DNA from: an uncultured Pseudomonadales bacterium
GTDB lineage: Bacteria > Pseudomonadota > Gammaproteobacteria > Pseudomonadales > CANNCY01
Length of the DNA: 64,000 bases
Direction: 5' to 3'
Assembly (NCBI GenBank): GCA_947503335.1
Contig: CANNCY010000002.1
Location: 607,739-671,738 of the forward strand
Below the pieces are notes generated by a model. It ran no database searches. It was not told where the DNA came from and worked only from the letters and a program-made list of their open reading frames with translations. The position numbers and the translations under genes are program-made. Numbering within the stretch: position 1 is the stretch's first letter; every line of letters starts with the position of its first letter. This document shows positions 1 through 8,724 of this stretch, in pieces.

Positions 1-1166
1 TCCATGAGTACGCGGGCCGAACGACTCATGCTTACTTTGTTCACTCGCCACTCGCCATTTATACATTCGCTTTGGGCGCCCACTTTTAAGGTTCCTGATG
101 GATGACCAAAGTTTACCGAAGGCTTTGCACCACCGGCAGCGTTGCTAACTAGTGTTCCCTCAATAGATGCGGCCGTACCAATAGCAACAGCAGCCGTGCC
201 CATCATGGCATGATGCAGTTTACCCATTGATAAGGCGCGTACATTTAGGTCGATAGCGGTATCAGCAACTTCTTTGCCCGCCGACGACGTATACGACTTG
301 GGCGAGTTTACAAAGGCAATCTTGGGCGTATGCTGACGCGCATTTGCTTCGCTTAGCTCGCTGATTAGCCCCATTGCAATGGCACCATGGGCTCGGATGT
401 TTTCAAAACGCTCTAGAGCTGCCGTGTCACCATTAATCGCTTCTTGCAGTTCAGTACCATCGTATCCTAAGGCTTCTGCGTTTAAGAAAATTGTTGGTAT
501 CCCAGCGTTAATCATCGTCGCTTGCAATGGTTGCTCACCAGGTACCTGTAATGTATCTACTAAATTACCTGTTGGAAACATCGCTTCAGAGGCATCAACG
601 GGCTCGACAAAATCGATGACCACTTCGGCTGCGGGGAATGTAACTCCGTCTAGCTCGAAATCACCGGTTTCTTGCACTTCACCATTAGTAACGGGCACAT
701 GGGCGATAATGGTTTTTTCGATGTTCTTTTGCCAGATACGTACAACGGCAATACCGTTTTCGGGTAGACGTTCTTCGTCAACCAAACCATTAGTTATGGC
801 AAACGCACCAACTGCACCTGTTAGGTTGCCGCAGTTACCACTCCAATCTACAAAGGGTTTATCGATCGCTACCTGCCCAAACAGGTAATCAACATCATGG
901 TCTGGCTTTTCGCTTTTAGACAACAGCACGGTTTTACTAGTGCTCGATGTTGCACCACCCATGCCATCAGTTTGTTTACCATAGGGGTCTGGGCTGCCGA
1001 TAACACGCAGTAATAAATTGTCACGCGCCTCACCAGGCACTTGCGCGGCAACAGGTAGATCATCTACTCGAAAGAAAACGCCCTTGCTAGTGCCACCACG
1101 CATATAGGTGGCAGGTACCTTAAGCTGGGGGGCAAAGGCCCCCACAGTTGACTGATGATCGCCCAT
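1..1166 (-). CDS. prpF: 2-methylaconitate cis-trans isomerase PrpF (C-terminal end cut by window edge)
   Basis: This ORF is missing from the supplied track because it runs off the left edge. My manual minus-strand translation from the ATG at 1166..1164 gives MGDHQSTVGAFAPQLKVPATYMRGGTSKGVFF...DWSGNCGNLTGAVGAF...MGKLHHAMMGTAAVAIG and stays open to position 1 (about 388 codons). These are PrpF-family motifs. The start shares TAATG with the acnD stop, and the gene follows acnD as in acnD-prpF operons. Confidence 0.85.
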   Translation of the reverse strand, partial: MGDHQSTVGAFAPQLKVPATYMRGGTSKGVFFRVDDLPVAAQVPGEARDNLLLRVIGSPDPYGKQTDGMGGATSSTSKTVLLSKSEKPDHDVDYLFGQVAIDKPFVDWSGNCGNLTGAVGAFAITNGLVDEERLPENGIAVVRIWQKNIEKTIIAHVPVTNGEVQETGDFELDGVTFPAAEVVIDFVEPVDASEAMFPTGNLVDTLQVPGEQPLQATMINAGIPTIFLNAEALGYDGTELQEAINGDTAALERFENIRAHGAIAMGLISELSEANARQHTPKIAFVNSPKSYTSSAGKEVADTAIDLNVRALSMGKLHHAMMGTAAVAIGTAASIEGTLVSNAAGGAKPSVNFGHPSGTLKVGAQSECINGEWRVNKVSMSRSARVLM

Positions 1167-3760
1167 TATGCGTTCGCCTCTAAAAAGTCTTGGGCAAAAC
1201 GCTGCAATACACCACCGGCGTTATAGATGTGCACTTCTTCAGCGGTATCTAAACGACAGATCACTGGTATCTGTACCTGCTCGCCATTAGCTCGCGTAAC
1301 CACCACGGTTAAATCAGCACCTGGCGTGCACTCGCCGATCACATCGTAGGTTTCAGTACCATCAATGGCATATTTAATACGATCATCACCGTCTTTAAAT
1401 TGCAACGGCAGTACGCCCATACCGATTAGGTTGGTGCGATGAATACGCTCAAAGCCTTCGGCTAAGATCACTTCAACACCCGCTAAACGTACACCCTTAG
1501 CAGCCCAGTCGCGTGACGAACCCTGGCCATAATCTTTACCAGCAACAATGATCAATGGTTGCGAGCGATTCATGTAGGTTTCGATCGCTTCCCACATACG
1601 CATGGTTTCACCTTCTGGCATTACCTTAGCTAGTGAGCCTTCGATGATCTCACCGCTGTCATCGCGTACCATTTCGTTACGCAGACGTGGGTTAGCAAAG
1701 GTAGCTCGCTGTGCCGTTAGGTGATCACCACGGTGCGTTGCGTAGCTGTTGAAGTCTTCTTCTGGCAGACCCATTTTTGCAAGGTATTCACCTGCAGCAC
1801 TGCTTGCCTGAATCGCGTTTGAAGGAGACAGGTGATCAGTAGTGATGTTATCAGGCAATACCGCCAGTGGACGCATGCCACTTAACGTGCGTTCGCCAGC
1901 CAACGCGCCTTCCCAGTACGGTGGGCGGCGAATATAGGTACTCATCTCGCGCCAATCGTATAGTGGGCTATCGGCTTTTTCAGCGTCGTCTTTTATCTCG
2001 AACATCGGGATGTATACATCGCGAAACTGCTGTGGCTTAACCGCTTGCTCAACTACTTCGTTGATCTGCTCGTCGGTAGGCCAGATATCTTTTAGCGTAA
2101 TCGCATTGCCGTCAGCATCATGGCCCAGCACGTCTTTTTCGATATCAAAACGAATCGACCCAGCAATCGCATAAGCAACAACTAATGGCGGGCTCGCCAA
2201 GAATGCTTGATTAGCATTTGGGTGAATACGCCCATCAAAGTTACGGTTACCAGACAATACAGCGGTGGCGTATAGATCGCGATCAAGAATTTCTTGTTTG
2301 ATCTCTGGGTCTAGTGCACCGCTCATACCATTACAGCTAGTACAGGCGAAAGCTACAACACCAAAACCAAGTTGCTCTAGCTCTGGCAATAGACCTGCTT
2401 CTTCTAAATAAAGCTTTACTGCCTTTGAGCCAGGCGCAAGTGATGTTTTAACCCACTCTTTTCGCATTAACCCTTTTTCGTTAGCGTTTTTCGCCAACAA
2501 GCCAGCGGCAATCATGTTGCGTGGGTTACTAGTGTTAGTACAGCTAGTAATCGCCGCGATGATTACAGCACCGTCAGGCATCTGGCCTTCAGGTTGTTCA
2601 TACTCGCCACTGATACCACGGTCAGCAAGATCTGAAACAGGTAACAGGTTATGCGGGTTAGAGGGGCCAGCTAGACTGCGCTCAACAGCACTTAGATCAA
2701 ACTTTAAGGTACGCTCGTATTGCGCGTCTGCTAGTTCGTCTGCCCACAAACCAGTTTCTTTTGCGTACTGTTCTACTAACTTAATTTGATCATCTTCACG
2801 ACCGGTTAGCTTTAGGTAATCGATTGTTTGTTCGTCGATATAAAACAGTGCGGCGGTAGCGCCATACTCTGGCGTCATATTTGAAATAGTTGCGCGATCG
2901 CCAAGGGTTAGGTGCTTGGTGCCTTCGCCGTAGAACTCTAGGTAAGCACCTACGACACGATCTTCGCGAAGCTGTTTTGTTAACGCCAACACGATGTCGG
3001 TCGCGGTAATACCAGGCTTAGGTTTACCGACAACTTCAACACCCACAATGTCAGGTAAGCGCATGTACGAAGCACGACCAAGCATCACGCTTTCGGCTTC
3101 TAGGCCGCCAACACCAATAGCGATAACACCTAACGCATCAACCATAGGGGTGTGACTATCTGTACCGACTAGCGTATCAGGAAAGGCAATACCATCTCGA
3201 GCCTGAATCACCGGGCTCATACGCTCAAGGTTAATCTGATGCAGAATACCGTTGCCCTGAGGAATTACGTCGATGTTTTCAAAGGCCGTCTTCGTCCAGT
3301 TAATAAAGTGAAATCGGTCTTCGTTGCGGCGATCTTCAATGGCGCGGTTTTTAGCAAAGGCATCGGGGTCAAAGCCGCCGTGCTCAACAGCTAAAGAATG
3401 ATCTACTACCAACTGTGTTGGTACTACAGGGTTCACTTTCGCAGGGTCACCACCCTTTAGTGCAATCGCATCGCGTAAACCGGCAAGGTCTACCAGCGCA
3501 GTTTGGCCAAGAATGTCGTGGCACACTACGCGAGCAGGAAACCATGGAAAATCCTTTGTACGCTTACGCTCAATAATCTGCTTTAAACTCGCTTCAAGTT
3601 CGCTCGGCTCACAGCGGCGCACTAGGTTTTCAGCAAGTACTTTAGAGGTGTAAGGCAAACCCGCATAAGCGCCCGGTGCAATTGCTTCGATTGCTTCGCG
3701 AGTATCGTAAAAATCTAAGTCGCTGCCTGGCAGCGACTTGCGGTATAACTTATTAGACAT
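1166..3760 (-). CDS. acnD: Fe-S dependent 2-methylcitrate dehydratase AcnD (aconitase family)
   Basis: An 864-aa aconitase-family protein (GTDSHT, ITSCTNTSNP, ACTSCNG cluster-ligand regions). It sits between prpC and prpF, which is the AcnD context. Confidence 0.9.
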   Translation of the reverse strand: MSNKLYRKSLPGSDLDFYDTREAIEAIAPGAYAGLPYTSKVLAENLVRRCEPSELEASLKQIIERKRTKDFPWFPARVVCHDILGQTALVDLAGLRDAIALKGGDPAKVNPVVPTQLVVDHSLAVEHGGFDPDAFAKNRAIEDRRNEDRFHFINWTKTAFENIDVIPQGNGILHQINLERMSPVIQARDGIAFPDTLVGTDSHTPMVDALGVIAIGVGGLEAESVMLGRASYMRLPDIVGVEVVGKPKPGITATDIVLALTKQLREDRVVGAYLEFYGEGTKHLTLGDRATISNMTPEYGATAALFYIDEQTIDYLKLTGREDDQIKLVEQYAKETGLWADELADAQYERTLKFDLSAVERSLAGPSNPHNLLPVSDLADRGISGEYEQPEGQMPDGAVIIAAITSCTNTSNPRNMIAAGLLAKNANEKGLMRKEWVKTSLAPGSKAVKLYLEEAGLLPELEQLGFGVVAFACTSCNGMSGALDPEIKQEILDRDLYATAVLSGNRNFDGRIHPNANQAFLASPPLVVAYAIAGSIRFDIEKDVLGHDADGNAITLKDIWPTDEQINEVVEQAVKPQQFRDVYIPMFEIKDDAEKADSPLYDWREMSTYIRRPPYWEGALAGERTLSGMRPLAVLPDNITTDHLSPSNAIQASSAAGEYLAKMGLPEEDFNSYATHRGDHLTAQRATFANPRLRNEMVRDDSGEIIEGSLAKVMPEGETMRMWEAIETYMNRSQPLIIVAGKDYGQGSSRDWAAKGVRLAGVEVILAEGFERIHRTNLIGMGVLPLQFKDGDDRIKYAIDGTETYDVIGECTPGADLTVVVTRANGEQVQIPVICRLDTAEEVHIYNAGGVLQRFAQDFLEANA

Positions 3761-3766
3761 CAGATA

Positions 3767-4891
3767 TTAACGCTCACTGATTGGGGTTACTGCGCGTGGC
3801 TCTTCACCAACGTAATCTGCACTTGGGCGAATGATACGGTTGTTCGCGCGCTGCTCCATTACGTGTGCGGCCCAACCTGTTACACGGCTCATCACAAAGA
3901 TCGGTGTAAACAGTTTGGTTGGAATTCCCATAAAGTGATATGCCGATGCATGGAAGAAATCTGCATTACAGAAAAGTTTTTTGGTGTCCCACATAAACTC
4001 TTCGCAGGCTACCGATACTTCGTAAAGAGTGCGATCGCCAAACTCGTCAGCTAACTTGTTTGACCATTCTTTGATGATCACGTTACGTGGGTCACTTTCA
4101 CGATAGATCGCATGGCCAAAGCCCATGATCTTTTCTTTGCGCTCAAGCATGCCAGCTAGCTGCTCTTTAGCTTGCGCTGGTGAGGTCATGTTCTCGATTA
4201 GTTCCATCGCTGCTTCGTTTGCACCACCATGAAGTGGGCCGCGAAGTGAACCAATGGCGCCAGTAACACAACTAAACATATCACTTAGTGTTGAGGCACA
4301 AACGCGAGCGGTGAAGGTTGACGCATTAAACTCGTGCTCTGCATACAGAATCAACGACACATCCATTACGCGACGATGCTGATCGCTTGGTGTCTTGCCG
4401 GTAAGCAAGGCTAAGAAGTGACCGCCGATTGAATCTTCGTCAGTAACACATTCGATTTTTACACCATCGTGCGAATAACGATACCAGTAGGTTACGATCG
4501 CAGGGAACGCACCTAACAAACGATTTGCCGCTTTGTTTTGCTCGCTAAAGTCAGCTTCTGGTTCGATGTTGCCCAAAAACGATGCACCGGTGCGCATCAC
4601 ATCCATTGGGTGCGCATCAGCAGGAATACGCTCTAGCACTTCTTTAAGTGCTAATGGCAAATCGCGATAGTCACGCAACTCTGCTTTGTAGGCATCTAAC
4701 TGCGCCTGCGTTGGTAACTCGCCATAAAATAAAAGATAAGCCACTTCTTCGAACGTAGCATTTTTCGCAAGGTCAGAAATATCGTAACCACGGTAGGTAA
4801 GGCCAGAACCTGATTTACCCACAGTACAAAGGGCTGTTTCGCCTGCGCTTTGGCCACGTAGGCCTGCACCACCTAATTTTTTATCAACCAT
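3767..4891 (-). CDS. prpC: 2-methylcitrate synthase
   Basis: A 374-aa citrate-synthase-family protein (GPLHGGANE, GFGHAIY) located between prpB and acnD. Confidence 0.92.
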   Translation of the reverse strand: MVDKKLGGAGLRGQSAGETALCTVGKSGSGLTYRGYDISDLAKNATFEEVAYLLFYGELPTQAQLDAYKAELRDYRDLPLALKEVLERIPADAHPMDVMRTGASFLGNIEPEADFSEQNKAANRLLGAFPAIVTYWYRYSHDGVKIECVTDEDSIGGHFLALLTGKTPSDQHRRVMDVSLILYAEHEFNASTFTARVCASTLSDMFSCVTGAIGSLRGPLHGGANEAAMELIENMTSPAQAKEQLAGMLERKEKIMGFGHAIYRESDPRNVIIKEWSNKLADEFGDRTLYEVSVACEEFMWDTKKLFCNADFFHASAYHFMGIPTKLFTPIFVMSRVTGWAAHVMEQRANNRIIRPSADYVGEEPRAVTPISER

Positions 4892-4903
4892 GATCTATCT
4901 CCT

Positions 4904-5782
4904 TTATTTGTTTTTGCCTTCGGCAAACAAGCTATCTAACTTTTGTTCGTAATCGTGGTAACCAAGATAGTCGTAAAGATCCATGCGCGTTTGCATGGTA
5001 TCGACTACATCGCGTTGGTGACCATTAGTTAAAATTGAGCGGTAAACATTTTCAGCAGCTTTGTTCATCGCTCTGAAAGCGCTAAGTGGGTAAAGCACCA
5101 TATCAGCGCCCCACTCGCCCAACTGCTCGCAAGACCATAATTCAGTCTTACCAAATTCTGTAATGTTCGCCAAAATCGGTACATCTAGCGCTTCGGCAAA
5201 CGCTCGGTAATGCTCTTCAGTTTGTACGGCTTCAGCAAAGATGCCATCAGCACCAGCGGCGACATAAGCCTTAGCTCGCTCAAGAGCTTTTTCTAGACCT
5301 TCTTGAGCAAACGAATCAGTACGCGCCATGATAAAAAAGTCGTTATCAGTGCGGGCATCTACTGCCGCCTTAATACGGTCAACCATTTCTTCGGTAGACA
5401 CAATTTCTTTATTAGGGCGATGACCACAACGCTTTTGCGCAACCTGGTCTTCGATGTGTACTGCAGCAGCGCCAGCTTTCTCCATATCACGAATTGTTTT
5501 TGCGATGTTAAATGCACCACCCCAACCGGTGTCGATGTCTACCATCAACGGTAAATCACACGCAGCGGTAATACGCTGCACATCGGCGATTACATCGTTA
5601 AGACTAGTCATACCAAGGTCTGGCAAACCATAGCTAGCATTGGCTACACCGCCGCCTGATAGGTAGATGGCTTGGTGGCCAATTTGCTTCGCCATCATCG
5701 CTGAGTACGCATTGATGGTGCCAACAATCTGCAGTGGCTTATTGTTTTCTAGGGCGAGTCTAAACTTTTTGCCTGGGCTCAT
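4904..5782 (-). CDS. prpB: methylisocitrate lyase
   Basis: A 292-aa PEP mutase/isocitrate lyase family protein ([13 protein letters not shown] motif) in the prp operon. Confidence 0.92.
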   Translation of the reverse strand: MSPGKKFRLALENNKPLQIVGTINAYSAMMAKQIGHQAIYLSGGGVANASYGLPDLGMTSLNDVIADVQRITAACDLPLMVDIDTGWGGAFNIAKTIRDMEKAGAAAVHIEDQVAQKRCGHRPNKEIVSTEEMVDRIKAAVDARTDNDFFIMARTDSFAQEGLEKALERAKAYVAAGADGIFAEAVQTEEHYRAFAEALDVPILANITEFGKTELWSCEQLGEWGADMVLYPLSAFRAMNKAAENVYRSILTNGHQRDVVDTMQTRMDLYDYLGYHDYEQKLDSLFAEGKNK

Positions 5783-5794
5783 ACTTTATCTCTC

Positions 5795-6463
5795 TTACTG
5801 CTTTTCTTGAGCGAGTTTTCGCTCGATGTTATTGCGGGAATAGGTGATGTGACGGCGCATTAGCATTTCGGCGAGCTCTGGGTCGCGATTGCTAATGGCC
5901 TGCACGATATGTTTATGTTCATCAAAGGCGGTGGTTACGCGAGGCCCAGCCATACCTAATTGAACGCGATACATGCGCACGAGGTGGTAAATGCCTTCGG
6001 TAAGCATGCTGATCAGCGTTTGGTTTTTGCTACCCATAATGACGCGGTAATGAAAGTCGACATCACCCGCCTCTTGATAGTAGCGCTGCTCGCCCTGCAC
6101 GGTTTCAAAATGGGTATTTAGCAATGCATTAAGGTCGGCAATTTCATCATCGCTCATATTGATCGCCGCTTCGCGCGCTGCCATGCCTTCGAGCGCTTCG
6201 CGAACCTTATATAGTTCTATGAGACCTTCTGGGGTTAGGGTAACCACTCGCGCGCCCACATTGGGCTTTCTGTCGACAATTCGGCAGGCCTCTAAACGGT
6301 TAATCGCCTCGCGAACCACCGCTCGCGACACGTTATAACGGCTCGCCAAATCAGCTTCGCTTAGCTTTGAACCCGCACCAATACTGCCGTCTACGATATC
6401 TGAGCGTAGGTCGTAAAAGGTTTTATCGGCGCTAGTGATGGCCGGTTGGGCGGTATTAGGCAT
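5795..6463 (-). CDS. GntR/FadR-family transcriptional regulator heading the prp operon
   Basis: It has an N-terminal GntR winged helix (SEADLASRYNVSRAVVREAINRLEA) and a C-terminal FCD-type helical domain. A 12-nt gap separates it from prpB, and palindromic operators lie upstream. Confidence 0.85.
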   Translation of the reverse strand: MPNTAQPAITSADKTFYDLRSDIVDGSIGAGSKLSEADLASRYNVSRAVVREAINRLEACRIVDRKPNVGARVVTLTPEGLIELYKVREALEGMAAREAAINMSDDEIADLNALLNTHFETVQGEQRYYQEAGDVDFHYRVIMGSKNQTLISMLTEGIYHLVRMYRVQLGMAGPRVTTAFDEHKHIVQAISNRDPELAEMLMRRHITYSRNNIERKLAQEKQ

Positions 6464-6480
6464 ATCGTCAACTCTTAATA

Positions 6481-6492
6481 ATTGTCGACAAT
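6481..6492. promoter_or_regulatory. proximal GntR-type operator, perfect palindrome ATTGTCGACAAT
   Basis: A perfect 12-bp palindrome with the TnGT/ACnA core typical of FadR-subfamily GntR operators. It overlaps the -10/+1 of the predicted promoter. Confidence 0.7.
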
Positions 6493-6518
6493 ATAGTGAT
6501 GAATTAGGGTTGTGTCAA
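6490..6518 (-). promoter_or_regulatory. sigma70-type promoter of the GntR-prp operon
   Basis: On the minus strand: TTGACA (plus coordinates 6513..6518), a 17-nt spacer, then TATATT (6490..6495), about 27 nt upstream of the regulator ATG. The -10 element overlaps the proximal palindrome. Confidence 0.6.
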
Positions 6519-6532
6519 AGATTTGTGGCGAG

Positions 6533-6544
6533 ATTGTCGACAAT
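6533..6544. promoter_or_regulatory. distal GntR-type operator, second perfect copy of ATTGTCGACAAT
   Basis: An identical 12-bp palindrome 52 bp centre-to-centre from the proximal copy (about 5 helical turns), upstream of the -35. Confidence 0.65.
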
Positions 6545-6552
6545 TTAAGGGC

Positions 6553-6813
6553 TTAAACTCGCCCACTGTTAGGCAGCTTTGTGTTCTGGCGGTCTATTAC
6601 AAAGTCTTCAGTTACAGGATATTCATCCATTAATTGAAAGCATTCATCCCATGAACCCAATCGCTTCGATAAGATGACGTCGCCCGTATCTGGTGCTGTT
6701 CGAATATATAGCTCGTCGCAATCAAGACGATAAGATTGGGGCAATAAAATAATTTGACTACCGTCGGTGGTAATGACTTTGGCTCTGACGCTTTTGTAGT
6801 TCTCATTAGGCAT
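6553..6813 (-). CDS. AbrB/MazE-fold VapB/VagC-like antitoxin homolog (no adjacent toxin gene)
   Basis: An 86-aa protein whose layout matches VagC/VapB-type antitoxins as I remember them: an N-terminal swapped-hairpin region (RAKVITTDGSQIILLPQSYRL...GDVILS), then SW..F..L and an acidic tail (EDFVIDRQ). There is no PIN or other toxin ORF downstream; only 89 bp separate it from the GntR gene. Confidence 0.55.
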   Translation of the reverse strand: MPNENYKSVRAKVITTDGSQIILLPQSYRLDCDELYIRTAPDTGDVILSKRLGSWDECFQLMDEYPVTEDFVIDRQNTKLPNSGRV

Positions 6814-6889
6814 ATCTAACTCCTACTCATCAGTATGTATCGCATCTTAGCCCATGGACATCAGAATACAAATTTCCTTAGTCGCCTCC

Positions 6890-7966
6890 TCAACATACCA
6901 GCGACATTCTATCTATAACAAGTTCATATAAATAATTTCTAGCTTGCCACGGATCTTCAACTTCTTTTAGTGATTTAAAAAATGTCTCTTGCTCTGACTC
7001 AGTGAGTTCGAAAAGATCAGTACTCGCCAACATCGATGCAAACAAGCAATTCTGCACGTCCTCTGCTTGCGGGGCTTCAAACATGGGGTCCCAGTATACT
7101 TCGTTGTACTCTTTAGATATTTCTTTAGACCGAACTCTATGCTGATCAGCAGTGATATCACCGCGGTTACTTTGTACCTTTAGCTGAAAAGCTTCATATT
7201 CGTACCTACCGATTATCGATTCGTTTGCGGCAGAGGCTGCCAAAGCCGCATTACAAGCGTCTACTAAATACACGAGCGAAAGCTCCTGAAAACACAACTC
7301 ATGCTCATAGTTTGTTCTGGTTAACGGCTCATACGACATCCCAGAAAGCCCTATTGCATAGTTAATCGATAGCGCTTCTTGCGAACTAAATGATTCTTCT
7401 AGCTCAGTAGCGACACTCATATTATAGGGGTCACTACCGGCGATACTGGCCGATCGGTATAGCCAGTCTTGGGCGAGTTCGAACAACCCTTGATTGGCAT
7501 ACATTTTTGCCATCATGCCTGATAAGACACGACTAGTTTCGGCAAACTTGACGAACTGAGGCGAAGGAGGAATATCACAGTGGGCATCGCGCTTTTGCAT
7601 GCAGAGTTGAATAAGCGCTGTGTTTAAAACAACACTGTTTGGATATTGCTGTAGGGCAATAAGCAAACCTTGTTGAGAGGCAGCTTCTGGGTGAAGCGCG
7701 GCTAGGCCCAATATGCCGTACTTATCGGCGCCAGGCCACCTAAGGCTAGACAGCCCGTTAGAACCACTAATACTCTCTTGCGTTTGCTCTTCGCTAGTTG
7801 TTTCTGTATTCGCAACTGTTATCTGTGAAGATAGCTGCTGTACACGAGATTGATGTGATGGATCACTGACGTTGCTAATCGAATTTACATTTGAATAGCC
7901 AACAACTAATGAACCTACTACGAGAACTAGTACAACTAATGCAATCCAATACCTAGCCACAAACAA
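6890..7966 (-). CDS. hypothetical membrane-anchored protein
   Basis: A 358-aa ORF with an N-terminal hydrophobic helix (WIALVVLVLVVGSLVVGY), a Ser/Thr/Gln-rich linker and a helical-looking domain of about 270 aa. I recognised no family. It is visibly AT-richer than the flanks. Confidence 0.55.
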   Translation of the reverse strand: MFVARYWIALVVLVLVVGSLVVGYSNVNSISNVSDPSHQSRVQQLSSQITVANTETTSEEQTQESISGSNGLSSLRWPGADKYGILGLAALHPEAASQQGLLIALQQYPNSVVLNTALIQLCMQKRDAHCDIPPSPQFVKFAETSRVLSGMMAKMYANQGLFELAQDWLYRSASIAGSDPYNMSVATELEESFSSQEALSINYAIGLSGMSYEPLTRTNYEHELCFQELSLVYLVDACNAALAASAANESIIGRYEYEAFQLKVQSNRGDITADQHRVRSKEISKEYNEVYWDPMFEAPQAEDVQNCLFASMLASTDLFELTESEQETFFKSLKEVEDPWQARNYLYELVIDRMSLVC

Positions 7967-8022
7967 TCCCTTTTCGATGCCATTTATAATGATTGCTTAG
8001 GCTACCACAGTAGCGTCTTAAA

Positions 8023-8694
8023 TTAGAATCCTTTCAAGATTAGCGCATCGTCGACGCTAACGCGTGATTGTTGAACACTGTTCACTGCATCCTCTAAATC
8101 AGCATACCCTAACGAAACCCCACACACGATCATCTCGTCGTGATCGATCTCTAGCGACTCGCGAATTGCATTAGGAAACATCGTCCAACTAGCCTGCAGA
8201 CAAGTAGCCAACCCCTGCTCTGTTGCGGCCAATTGCATCAACTGCAAGAACATACCAATGTCGATTAATTGCGACTCTGATAAACCACGATGCATGGTGA
8301 CGATCATGCCCACCGGCGCGCCAAAGAATTCAAAATTTTTAAAGGCCCAGCCCAAGCGCCCCATCTTATCGTCGCGAGCAATGCCTAGGCTTTTATAAAG
8401 GGTTTCACCACACTCGTTTCGGCGAGTTTTAAATGGCTCGGGTAGAGGATTGGGATAGATTGGAATATCGACATTGGCTTCGCCCTTAGGATTTAGCATC
8501 GCCGTTTCACCAACCTTTTGTATAAGGCGCTGTTTAGACTCGCCCGTTACAACATAGACGTTCCAGGGCTGTAGGTTGCTACCTGAATTGGATTGAAGTG
8601 CTGTCGCAATAATCGATTCTACTTGATCGCGAGACACGGCCTTATCAGTAAATGCACGGCAAGAGAATCGATTATTAATTAGGTCAGATAACAT
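8023..8694 (-). CDS. nitroreductase-family FMN oxidoreductase
   Basis: A 223-aa protein with the N-terminal RFSCRAF...V and SNLQPW motifs of the nitroreductase fold. Confidence 0.85.
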   Translation of the reverse strand: MLSDLINNRFSCRAFTDKAVSRDQVESIIATALQSNSGSNLQPWNVYVVTGESKQRLIQKVGETAMLNPKGEANVDIPIYPNPLPEPFKTRRNECGETLYKSLGIARDDKMGRLGWAFKNFEFFGAPVGMIVTMHRGLSESQLIDIGMFLQLMQLAATEQGLATCLQASWTMFPNAIRESLEIDHDEMIVCGVSLGYADLEDAVNSVQQSRVSVDDALILKGF

Positions 8695-8724
8695 GGGCGC
8701 TCCTATTGTGAAGCGCCAGTATAA

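Noticed and set aside
379-1063. Track ORFs 379..888 (+) and 869..1063 (-) in the first kilobase
   Set aside because: Both lie inside or antisense to the prpF reading frame, which I could translate continuously on the minus strand from 1166 to the window edge. Their sequences are low-complexity Ser/Pro/Ala-rich, as expected of off-frame translation.
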